Assembly: GCA_029263355.1 (NCBI GenBank)
Contig: JAJCXQ010000686.1
Coordinates: 177 to 64,176, forward strand
Source: Acidobacteriota bacterium
GTDB lineage: Bacteria > Acidobacteriota > Thermoanaerobaculia > Multivoradales > J023
Direction of reading: 5' to 3'
DNA: 64,000 bases
Shown: one piece after another, positions 1 through 8,554 of the stretch
Layout of the letters: the number at the start of each line of letters is the position of its first letter
Numbering within the stretch: position 1 is the first letter of the stretch
Program-made: the position numbers and the translations under genes
Notes under the pieces: generated by a model
Told to the model about the DNA's origin: nothing
The model's database searches: none
The model's input: the letters and a program-made list of their open reading frames with translations, nothing else

Positions 1-143
1 ACCACGCCTTTTCGAAGTTCGAAGGTCCCAGGAGTTTGGGCTGCGGCGCCGGTGACCCATAGGACGGCGAAAACGGTGCCTAGAACGGCAGCGCGTAGGC
101 CACGGGTAGCTTTTGGCTGGCCGGAGTCGATAATACGAGACAT
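1..143 (-). CDS. 5' part of a secreted protein running off the left edge (MSRIIDSGQPKATRGLRAAVLGTVFAVLWVTGAAAQTPGTFELRKGV...)
   Basis: Manual translation: ATG at 143-141, GAGGAG RBS upstream, signal-peptide-like N-terminus ending AAA|Q, frame open to base 1. Not in the ORF track. Confidence 0.7.
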   Translation of the reverse strand, partial: MSRIIDSGQPKATRGLRAAVLGTVFAVLWVTGAAAQTPGTFELRKGV

Positions 144-269
144 GCAGGTCTCCTCGTTGATGGAGCCGTCAATTCAGCAAGATTGAATTATACCCTTCTA
201 AACCTGTATATTCAATACATTCAGAAAGACAAGGCTGTCGTCGAGGAGAATCCGTTCGGAGGAGTAACC

Positions 270-3200
270 ATGATCCACACTTTATCGTCACGCCGCCCCT
301 CGATGTCCCTCAGGTGGGGATCAACTCTCCTGGCCACCGTTCTTCTGTCGGCAGCTCCGGGACACGCACAGCTACCGGGAAACTCCTGGAGCGGTGAGGG
401 GCCGACGCCGATCCACAACGGGCAGACCGAAGGCATCACCAACAACCCGGTGGCTGGCGCCATCAACACGGTTGCCGCACATCCGACCAACTCGGACATC
501 CTCTATGTCGGGTCGGTCAACGGCGGGATCTGGCGCACAACAAACGCCACCAGCGCGTCGCCAACTTGGACCCGCTTGACGTCCTCCGAAGCTTCACAGT
601 CCATTGGTACGATCGATTTTGATCCAACGGACGGCACCAACAACACGCTCCTCGCCGGCATCGGCCGCTTCAGCAGCTTCGCCTCGGTTGGCGGCAGCCG
701 CTCGGGGCTGCTGCGCACCACCGACGGCGTCAACTTCACCCTGATTAACGGCGGCATGGCGGGGCGCAACATCGTCGGTACGGCTGCACGCGGCACGACC
801 CTGGTTGCAGCAGTCAATATTGCGGACATTTTCAGCTGCGGCAACATCGGGGTCTGGCGATCCACCAACACTGGAGTGAGCTGGACGCAGGTCTTGGGCG
901 GCCTCGCCGACGCTCTCGCCAGCGACCCGAGCAGCACCACCACCCTCTACGCGAGCAAAGTTTTCGGTGCTGCCTGCGGCGCGGGCGTCAACGGCATCTT
1001 CAAGAGCACCGATACCGGCGCCACCTGGGCCAAGGTGAGCACAGCGGCGATGGACGCCCTGCTCAACAACAGCTCGGGCACCAACGTCGACATCGTGGTT
1101 GGCAACAGCAACAACGTCTTCGTCGCCATCGTAAATTCAGGGACCGGAGCCTACGGTGGAGTCTTCCGCTCCGGCAACGGAGGAACAACCTGGACACAGA
1201 TGGACGCTCCTGCGACCGCCGCTGGCACTCTTCACCCCGGTACTCAAGGCGGCACCCACACCTCGATCGCCGCCGACCCGACCAACTCCAACATCGTTTA
1301 TCTCGGCGGTGATCGCCAGGCCAGCCCGTTTCCCAACCCGGTCGGCGCGGTGAACTTCTCCGGCAACCTGGCACGCGGTGACGCGAGCTTAGCCCCGGGA
1401 TCCCAGTGGACGGCCCTAACCCACAGTGGCACCGCTTCGAACTCGTCGCCCCACGCCGACTCGCGCGACATGGTCTTCACGGCCGGCGGCGACCTCATCG
1501 AGACCGACGACGGCGGCATCTACCGCCGCACCTCGCCGACTTCCGCCACCGGCGACTGGTTCTCGCTCAACAACAACCTTCAGGTCACCGAACACCACGA
1601 CTCGGCCTACGACAGTCTCAACGACATCTTGATCGTCGGCAATCAGGATGTCGGGACCGCCGAGCAGACCGCCCCGCTCGGCCTGATCTGGAACCAGGTG
1701 ACCCAGGGTGACGGTGGCGACGTGATCTCCGGCCCCGGCGCCGTCGCTGGCCAAGAGGTGCGTTACTCGAGCTTTCAGAATCTGTCGTCGTTTCGCCGCC
1801 GGACGTTCAATTCCTCGAACACTCTCTTGTCGACAGTCTTTCCCGCTCTCGCCGGTGCCGCCTTCTCCCCGCAGTTCAGGACTCCTATCGCCATCAACGA
1901 GATCGCCCCCAACCGCCTGATCTTCGGCGGCGCCAACGGGGTTTTCGAGTCGCTGAACCGCGGCGATACGATCAGCCAGATCAGCAGTACAATCGTCACA
2001 GATATCTTCAACGGAGGCGGCGCCATCGCCGCGGGCGGAACCGGCAACGCCGACCTCGTCTACGTTGCTGGTGTGGCTGGCGGGACCAGCGCACTCTGGG
2101 CGCGGACGACCAGCGGCGGCGCCTTTTCGAACGTCCAAACCGCCGCCGGCGGCACAGCCATGGTCGGCGCCACCATCGATCCCGACGATGCGACCCATGG
2201 TTTCGGACTCGATTCGGCGAACGTCTACCGCACCACAAACACCGGCACAACCTTCTCCAACGTCACTGGCAACCTGCTCACGCTGAGCCCCGGCACCCTG
2301 CGCTCCATCGAATACATCAACAGCTCGTCGGGTGACGCTGTGGTCGTCGGCGCCGACCGGGGAACCTACATCGCGTCAGACAGCACCTCGTTCAGCACCT
2401 GGACAAAGTTTGGCGCGGGGATTCCGAACTCCCCCGTGTTCGAGCTCACCTACGACTCGGCAGCAGACGTTTTACTCGCGGGCACCATGGGGAGCGGCAG
2501 CTATCGGATGACGAGCCTGTCGGACACCTGCGCCGAGTCGATCGCCCTGGTCACGGGTCAGTGGAAACAGATCTCCTTAGCCTGTAATCCCGGCGGCTCC
2601 AATACTGTCGCCGATGTCTTCGGTGACGACCTCGGCGGGACCTACGACGTTGATTGGGTTGTCTTTCGGTACGACGCGTCGACCCAAACCCAGATCAAAC
2701 TGGCGACCACCGATACCCTAGCCGTCGGCGAAGGCTACTGGATCAGAACAAACCTCGGCTCACAAGTCGTCGACGTCTCGGGGACCGACAATGTGGTGAC
2801 CGACACGCCGCTCACGGGCGTCCTGGCCACCCCACCAGCGGGCTGCGCCAGCTCGGCGGGACGCTGTGGCATGGCCGGAAATCCACACGCCTACGACGTC
2901 TGCTGGGCGGACGTCCTGGTGGACGACGGCGGATTTATCAATGACTTGGCAACGGTCGATCCGGGCGGAATCTGCCAAACAACCGGCGGCGCAACGTGTG
3001 TCATGTCGCGGATCGGCCACAAGTGGACCGGCTCCGCCTACACCACTTTTGACGGCACCACCCCGGGCATGGAAGGTACCTTGGTGCCCTGGGACGCCTT
3101 CTGGATTTCGGCCAACAAGCCCGGCATCGAGCTACGCATACCGGAGACTCCAGGCGGCCCGGGCTTGCCCTGCGGACCACCCGCCAGGACTAGCGATCAA

Positions 3201-3686
3201 GGTGAAGGCTGGTTCATACGGCTGACCGCCGAGTCCGGGCAGCTGGTGGATTCCTTCAACGTTTTTGGTCAGCTTCCCGACAGCCATCGCGGGTACGATC
3301 CGCACGACCTTCAAGAGCTCGCTCCTTTTGGCACCCCGTACCTAACCGTGGTGTTCCCGCACGACAACTGGGGCGATCACGCAGGAGACTACGCATCGGA
3401 CTATCATTTGGCGCGCCCGGCGTCGCAGCCCGACGAGTGGCGATTCGACGTCCGCTCTTCGGAAACCAGTGCCGAGGTGACCTTGCGCTGGGACGGGCCA
3501 AGCTCGCGCCTCGACGGCTCGGTGCTGACCGATGTAGAGACAGGCGAACAAGTGGACGTTTCAGGCGATGGGAGCTACACCTTCGTGATGAACGGCAACA
3601 GTCGAAGTTTCCACTGGGTCTCACAGGCGGCAAGCCAGGGGCTCTTCGCGGACAGCTTCGAGTCGGGCGATACAAGCGCCTGGTAA
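270..3686 (+). CDS. Secreted Asp-box/BNR beta-propeller protein (sialidase/VPS10/GH74-like) with a shared C-terminal module and LFADSFESGDTSAW tail
   Basis: GGAGGAG RBS before ATG 270; signal peptide; repeated SxD/NxGxTW Asp-boxes (RSTNTGVSW, KSTDTGATW, RSGNGGTTW); HADSR and GDGG motifs. Confidence 0.8.
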   Translation: MIHTLSSRRPSMSLRWGSTLLATVLLSAAPGHAQLPGNSWSGEGPTPIHNGQTEGITNNPVAGAINTVAAHPTNSDILYVGSVNGGIWRTTNATSASPTWTRLTSSEASQSIGTIDFDPTDGTNNTLLAGIGRFSSFASVGGSRSGLLRTTDGVNFTLINGGMAGRNIVGTAARGTTLVAAVNIADIFSCGNIGVWRSTNTGVSWTQVLGGLADALASDPSSTTTLYASKVFGAACGAGVNGIFKSTDTGATWAKVSTAAMDALLNNSSGTNVDIVVGNSNNVFVAIVNSGTGAYGGVFRSGNGGTTWTQMDAPATAAGTLHPGTQGGTHTSIAADPTNSNIVYLGGDRQASPFPNPVGAVNFSGNLARGDASLAPGSQWTALTHSGTASNSSPHADSRDMVFTAGGDLIETDDGGIYRRTSPTSATGDWFSLNNNLQVTEHHDSAYDSLNDILIVGNQDVGTAEQTAPLGLIWNQVTQGDGGDVISGPGAVAGQEVRYSSFQNLSSFRRRTFNSSNTLLSTVFPALAGAAFSPQFRTPIAINEIAPNRLIFGGANGVFESLNRGDTISQISSTIVTDIFNGGGAIAAGGTGNADLVYVAGVAGGTSALWARTTSGGAFSNVQTAAGGTAMVGATIDPDDATHGFGLDSANVYRTTNTGTTFSNVTGNLLTLSPGTLRSIEYINSSSGDAVVVGADRGTYIASDSTSFSTWTKFGAGIPNSPVFELTYDSAADVLLAGTMGSGSYRMTSLSDTCAESIALVTGQWKQISLACNPGGSNTVADVFGDDLGGTYDVDWVVFRYDASTQTQIKLATTDTLAVGEGYWIRTNLGSQVVDVSGTDNVVTDTPLTGVLATPPAGCASSAGRCGMAGNPHAYDVCWADVLVDDGGFINDLATVDPGGICQTTGGATCVMSRIGHKWTGSAYTTFDGTTPGMEGTLVPWDAFWISANKPGIELRIPETPGGPGLPCGPPARTSDQGEGWFIRLTAESGQLVDSFNVFGQLPDSHRGYDPHDLQELAPFGTPYLTVVFPHDNWGDHAGDYASDYHLARPASQPDEWRFDVRSSETSAEVTLRWDGPSSRLDGSVLTDVETGEQVDVSGDGSYTFVMNGNSRSFHWVSQAASQGLFADSFESGDTSAW

Positions 3687-3694
3687 CGGCGATA

Positions 3695-3720
3695 CGAGCC
3701 CCTGATAGAATGGGGGCTCG
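3695..3720 (+). promoter_or_regulatory. Extended -10 promoter (TG-a-TAGAAT, 3703-3711) inside an inverted repeat, upstream of the small precursor ORF
   Basis: cgagcccc-tgatagaat-gggggctcg; ~35 nt before ATG 3747. Confidence 0.45.
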
Positions 3721-3746
3721 ACTGAGAACAGAAAACAAGGTGCGAC

Positions 3747-3914
3747 ATGGATATATTGAAATCTGATCCGGCGCTCGAGACGCCAGCAGCGGGGGAAGCG
3801 AGAGCTGCTGAGCGTCCCTCGCGCCCCTACCAGAAACCTGAACCCAAGCTTTATGGCCAAATCCGTCCCAGCTTGATCGGATCGCCGCCACCGCCGCCAG
3901 GCAAGGGTTTCTGA
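3747..3914 (+). CDS. Putative RiPP precursor peptide, 55 aa: MDILKSDPALETPAAGEARAAERPSRPYQKPEPKLYGQIRPSLIGSPPPPPGKGF
   Basis: Manual translation (below the ORF-track size cutoff); AAGGT RBS; YxxPxxxxxG lasso-type leader motif; directly upstream of a peptidase and near the RRE and kinase genes. Confidence 0.75.
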   Translation: MDILKSDPALETPAAGEARAAERPSRPYQKPEPKLYGQIRPSLIGSPPPPPGKGF

Positions 3915-3933
3915 TACGGCCCCTGCGGCCAGC

Positions 3934-4536
3934 ATGGGATTGAACATCGCCCCTAGGAACGTCGCGTTGGGGACAGCCGCCTCCGGAGAGATTGCGCAAC
4001 AGCTTCTAGCGCGGGCTTTGCGCGCCGAGAAGGCGGCTCGGCTCCAAGTTCGGGGCCGCTGCATGGAGCCCTTGATTCGCGACGGCGATTGGGTCGAGGT
4101 TCTGCCGCCCGGTGCAGCGCAACACGGCAGTATCGTCCTGGCCCGCAACAGCAGTGTCGTGTTGGCCGCAAGCGGCAGTGACGATCTGGTCTGTCACAGG
4201 GTCATTGCGCGGGACGGCGACAGCGTCTGGCTAGCCGGCGACCACTCGGTGGCGGTTGAAGAACACCTCCCAGAGAGTGTGCTCGGTAGGGTCATCAGCG
4301 TTGATCGAGGAGGCGTGGTGCAACACCTCGACGGACCGGCGGTCCGCGGTCTCGATCGACTCGAAGCCGGTTTGCACCGGCTCGCTTGGCAACATCGCGG
4401 CTCACTCGTGAGCCGCGTGCTGGAAAAGTTCCGGCGGGCGCTTCTGGAGTTGCGCGCTCAAGCCTGGGCAGCGGGCGCCAAACTAGCCAACAGAGCGGGC
4501 ACATCGTCCCGTTTCCGGCCGGCTTCCAGCCGGTAG
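3934..4536 (+). CDS. S24/S26-family (LexA/signal-peptidase-like) peptidase
   Basis: VRGRCMEPLIRDGDWV box (normally GxSMxPxxxxGD), LVCHRV box, AGD motif, VLGRV. Confidence 0.75.
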   Translation: MGLNIAPRNVALGTAASGEIAQQLLARALRAEKAARLQVRGRCMEPLIRDGDWVEVLPPGAAQHGSIVLARNSSVVLAASGSDDLVCHRVIARDGDSVWLAGDHSVAVEEHLPESVLGRVISVDRGGVVQHLDGPAVRGLDRLEAGLHRLAWQHRGSLVSRVLEKFRRALLELRAQAWAAGAKLANRAGTSSRFRPASSR

Positions 4537-5336
4537 CCGGGAATCGACCGACCGAGCCTCACCAAGGCCCGGAATCGATCCCCGGCAGCGGCCCCAGAGC
4601 TCAGGAAACCGCTCTGCCCCACCAAAACGTCTACCAGATCCGGCAACATCAACGGCGAGACGACGCTGTCTTCATGGTCGACAATCTCAGGACAAACGAT
4701 CGCCTGGAGCTCGATGTTAGTGGTGGTCGGCCAGGGTACTGATCTGGTCGCCGCACCACGAGGAAAAGCCACCATGCGGGGGCCATCCTCGCCCGGAGCG
4801 AGCCACACCACATCGTCCGAGAGCACCTCGTGCCCGGCGCGGTGGACATTGCCAAAAATCGTCGACTTCCCGACGCCGCTCGGGCCGGGCAACAGGATCC
4901 CAAAACCATCAACCGCGACGCCAGCAGCGTGGATCCCGAACCAACCACGACTCGCGCCCAACTCGATGAGCATCGGCACGAGGGCCAGGCCGATGAAAAG
5001 ATCCAACTCACCATCGGAAGGGCTCTCGAGGCAGAGGCCACCCCGGCCCTCCGTCACATCACACCAGGCCAGTACCCTCGGCAGCTCGAAGAAGATTTGA
5101 TCCCCCGCTTGCCGAACAGTGAGCGGAGGCTCCTCGACGACCGTCCTCCCCCTCGGCAGCGGCGCCGCTGCTCGCGCTCCGACGCTCACCTCGACCGGTA
5201 AGCCGCTCGCCGCAACCGCACCATGGATGAAGTAGGCCAGGAACGCCTCGATACGCTGATGCAACGGCCTCGGCAGGGGGTCGAAACGAAAAACCAGACC
5301 GGATCCGATCGGGACCACCAGAGAGGCGCGGGTCAT
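4458..5336 (-). CDS. HPr kinase-related kinase
   Basis: IHAAGV...GPSGVGKST Walker A and downstream LSDD motif; start overlaps the PqqD stop (ATGA). Confidence 0.8.
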   Translation of the reverse strand: MTRASLVVPIGSGLVFRFDPLPRPLHQRIEAFLAYFIHGAVAASGLPVEVSVGARAAAPLPRGRTVVEEPPLTVRQAGDQIFFELPRVLAWCDVTEGRGGLCLESPSDGELDLFIGLALVPMLIELGASRGWFGIHAAGVAVDGFGILLPGPSGVGKSTIFGNVHRAGHEVLSDDVVWLAPGEDGPRMVAFPRGAATRSVPWPTTTNIELQAIVCPEIVDHEDSVVSPLMLPDLVDVLVGQSGFLSSGAAAGDRFRALVRLGRSIPGYRLEAGRKRDDVPALLASLAPAAQA

Positions 5337-5644
5337 GGGGCGTCGACACGCTCGACCAAGCCAAGCTCATGGAGCCGGGTCACGAACTCGAGCAAATCGG
5401 AACTGGCGCGCGAAGCCTCGATGCCGAAGTGCCTGGCGACCGCTTCTCCGACAACCCGGAGCTCGGACTCACCGTCGAGACGGTCCCAGATGAAGCCCCC
5501 GGCCTCCCCCACACCGTAGTAGCTACCCGAGTCGAGATCCAGGATCAGATAGTCGCCGGGAGAGCTTTCGCCGGTTGACGCTTCGCCGCGGACAACTCGA
5601 TCCGTCAAGCTGAAGTTGGCTTCTTCGCCACCATGTGAGTGCAT
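5333..5644 (-). CDS. PqqD family protein / RiPP recognition element (RRE)
   Basis: ~100 aa; LILDLDSGSYYGVGEAGGFIWDRLDG...DLLEFVTRLHELGLV fits the PqqD pattern. Confidence 0.85.
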   Translation of the reverse strand: MHSHGGEEANFSLTDRVVRGEASTGESSPGDYLILDLDSGSYYGVGEAGGFIWDRLDGESELRVVGEAVARHFGIEASRASSDLLEFVTRLHELGLVERVDAP

Positions 5645-5853
5645 TGATTGGAAGGTTATCAGATCGTCTGCCTCGCACCGGCGTGCCTTGATTTCGACCA
5701 GAATTTTGCATATTCTCTAATCGAGGTAGATCTATCTGCCCAAATGTTACGGCCCACTTGGCGTGGATCCAAAATCTTCATCTAGCGGATGCGGGTCTTT
5801 ATCCAGAGTTCGAGTTCCGGGTCGATACTCATCTTATAGATGGAGGTTTTGTT

Positions 5854-8538
5854 TTGAGATTTCGCACGTTACTGATTGCAGCTTGCTTGCTGTTATCCTT
5901 TTTTGCAACGTCCGAGACCCATGCCGCGATTAGCGTCATCAACGTTTCGGTCCCGCAAGAGATTGCGCCGGGAGAATCCTTCAACGTCACCTACACCTTG
6001 AGCGGCACCAGCACGCTGGCGGTCGCCGAGTTGAGGTTCTACCTCGGCGCCTCTCCCACCAGCCGAGACTTTGGCCCTCTAAACGAGTCATTTCAACTCC
6101 CTTTGATCGGCACGTTCCCCTCGTTTGGTCCGCCAGCCGGCCCGCAGACACGGTTCATCCGGATGCCCACGTCCCTGCAGTCGTTTGGCTGTTTCCCTTC
6201 GGGCACTTGGTACTTCATCTTGCAGGTCGATAGCGGCTCACAAAATGCCGACAGCTTCCAGGTTGCACCGCTCTCGATCTCCAGCTTCACACCACAATCT
6301 GGCCCGCCCTGCACGCCAGTGACCGTCAACGGCAACAAGTTCGGTGACGTGAACGTGAACGTGAACGGCCTTTTCTTCAACGGCACTCCTGCCGTAGGAA
6401 CGTTTGTCAACGACACGACAATCACCACTAACGTGCCACCGGGCGCGACGACGGGACCCATTCAGCTCCCAAACTCATGCAGCCCCAACCCCGGCGTGTC
6501 CTCACCATCACCCTTCTTTGTGACGCCTTTCGCCAATCCGCCAGTCGTCAACAGTTTCACCCCTACCACGGCTTCGGTTGGCGCCTTTGTTCAGATCTTC
6601 GGTGAGAACTTTACAGACACCACCACTGCCGTGCTCTTCAATGGTACTCCGGCATCGCGCGTGTTCATCAATCCTCAGCTAATGGTCGCGTTTGTGCCCA
6701 ACGGTGCTACGGACGGTCCGATTACCGTGGGCTCAGTGTGCGAGGGATCCGATGTTTCGACATCCGACTTCATTGTCGACCCCCACTGTCTTTCCGCCGC
6801 CGAGTTTCTCAATGCCTCCCGCATTGACTCGGTAAGATTGGGCAATCTCGAGTATGTGAACAACGAGATGCCGAGTTGTACGTTCTACACCAACAACTCA
6901 GACCTCGTGACCCATGTCTTTCCCGGGCAGACCGGACTCCCGATCCAGATCGGACAAGGTTCTTGCGACGCCAACAACTTCAACAAGGTCACTAAGCTGT
7001 TCGTCGATTGGAATGGCGACACAGACTTCAGTGATCCTGGCGAGTTGGTGTTGACCGGACCTCCGTTTCCCAACGCGCTGCTGTCTGGCACCTTCAGTGT
7101 TCCGCCGTCGGCGGTCTTGGGCCCGGCCCGGATGCGGATTGTGACGCAGGCTGCCGCTTCGTCGGACGATGTCACCGACTGCGGCCTGTACAACTTCGGT
7201 GAAACTCAGGACTACACACTAGAAATCTCGGCGTGTGCCGGGTTCCGAGATTTGCCGGCAGGGAATTGGCACAGTATCTCCATACCTTGCGATCCCGGGC
7301 TCGAGAACACCGTGCAAGATCTCTTCGCCGACGATTTGAGCGGTGTTTATGGCATCGATTGGGCGCTTTTTACCTACGATGTGAACACCGGGCAGTCCTC
7401 GGTGATGGCTCTCGGCGATACCGTCGAGACGGGCCGGGGTTATTGGCTCAAAACTCGCGACGACGGCCAGAGTATCGGTCCTGGAGGAATCGTAAACCCG
7501 CAGGCGATCGGCATGGGTGGACAACCCAGCTCGATGACCGATATGTCCTTGGTCGCGGACCCGGCGGGCCGCTCCAATCTAGTTGGATTCCCCTACACCT
7601 TCAGTGTCGATTGGGCCGATGTGCAGGTGGTCGACGGTGGCAACGTCCTAACTCTCGATCAAGCCGATCCGGTGGTTGGGCTCGATCGCGCCTGCGATCT
7701 GGATCCACCCCACGCGAGCTGTGTCATGTCACGATTGCTCTACCGGTGGAACGGGGCGGCTTACGAGACATTCAACGGAGCGACCCCCGGCGCTGAAGGT
7801 GTGCTCAGCCCGCTGGATGGCTTGTGGGTCAAAGCGTTCAAGAGTGGTATTTCTCTGAGAATTCCCGCGGTTCCCTCGAGCCGGGATGCGGAGCGAGCGG
7901 GGGATGAAGTAGACCCGAACAGCTGGTTCATTCGGCTGATCGCAGAATCAGGAAATCTGCGGGACGCCGGCAACATCTTGGGCGAATCGGAGCAGAGCGT
8001 CGAAGGTTACGACCTCGACGACTTGGCCGAGCTGCCGCCGTTTGGGCAACCGAACCTGACCGTGGTTTTTCCACACCCGGATTGGGAGGAAAGGGCCGAC
8101 GACTATACGACGGACTTCCGCCCCTTGAATCTCGGTCTCGAGTCCGAGCCGACACTTTGGCACTTCGAGGTCCGATCCTCGGACCCCACCGCCGACGTGA
8201 CTCTGAGTTGGGAAGGATCCGGCACTCGGCTGCTCGGCTCGGAGCTGTTCGACGAGGAAACCGGCGAGCGGGTAACGATTCGCCCCGGCGCGAGCTACTC
8301 GTTCACCATGACCGGGCCGAGTCGTCACTTCGAGTGGTCGGTGCAGGGAGTGTCACCGTCGGCCGGTCAAATTTTCGCGGACGGATTCGAGTCGGGCAAT
8401 CTGGGCGCTTGGCAATCCCTGGGCTCGGGTCGATCCGCGAACACGCTGAAGGTCGAGTTCGAGAGTGACGTCCAACCACGACAACACGACTCAAAACTAG
8501 AACCGCGGAGCAGAGCGAGCGAGACGATCAGGCAGTAG
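5854..8538 (+). CDS. Secreted protein with 2x IPT/TIG domains, a GEVED domain and a C-terminal module shared with 270..3686 (IFADGFESGNLGAW)
   Basis: GGAGG RBS before TTG 5854; signal peptide; ISSFTPQSG/VNSFTPTTA...VPxGATTGPI IPT repeats; FVDWNGDTDFSDPGE...RMRI...GETQDY GEVED signature. Confidence 0.8.
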   Translation: MRFRTLLIAACLLLSFFATSETHAAISVINVSVPQEIAPGESFNVTYTLSGTSTLAVAELRFYLGASPTSRDFGPLNESFQLPLIGTFPSFGPPAGPQTRFIRMPTSLQSFGCFPSGTWYFILQVDSGSQNADSFQVAPLSISSFTPQSGPPCTPVTVNGNKFGDVNVNVNGLFFNGTPAVGTFVNDTTITTNVPPGATTGPIQLPNSCSPNPGVSSPSPFFVTPFANPPVVNSFTPTTASVGAFVQIFGENFTDTTTAVLFNGTPASRVFINPQLMVAFVPNGATDGPITVGSVCEGSDVSTSDFIVDPHCLSAAEFLNASRIDSVRLGNLEYVNNEMPSCTFYTNNSDLVTHVFPGQTGLPIQIGQGSCDANNFNKVTKLFVDWNGDTDFSDPGELVLTGPPFPNALLSGTFSVPPSAVLGPARMRIVTQAAASSDDVTDCGLYNFGETQDYTLEISACAGFRDLPAGNWHSISIPCDPGLENTVQDLFADDLSGVYGIDWALFTYDVNTGQSSVMALGDTVETGRGYWLKTRDDGQSIGPGGIVNPQAIGMGGQPSSMTDMSLVADPAGRSNLVGFPYTFSVDWADVQVVDGGNVLTLDQADPVVGLDRACDLDPPHASCVMSRLLYRWNGAAYETFNGATPGAEGVLSPLDGLWVKAFKSGISLRIPAVPSSRDAERAGDEVDPNSWFIRLIAESGNLRDAGNILGESEQSVEGYDLDDLAELPPFGQPNLTVVFPHPDWEERADDYTTDFRPLNLGLESEPTLWHFEVRSSDPTADVTLSWEGSGTRLLGSELFDEETGERVTIRPGASYSFTMTGPSRHFEWSVQGVSPSAGQIFADGFESGNLGAWQSLGSGRSANTLKVEFESDVQPRQHDSKLEPRSRASETIRQ

Positions 8539-8554
8539 AGCGAACAGGCACGGT

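Noticed and set aside
3747..5644. Canonical lasso peptide cluster
   Set aside because: No cyclase or B2 peptidase in the window; the core lacks Asp/Glu and the leader lacks Thr(-2).
5333..5644. PQQ biosynthesis
   Set aside because: No pqqA/B/C/E; the PqqD fold is a general RRE.
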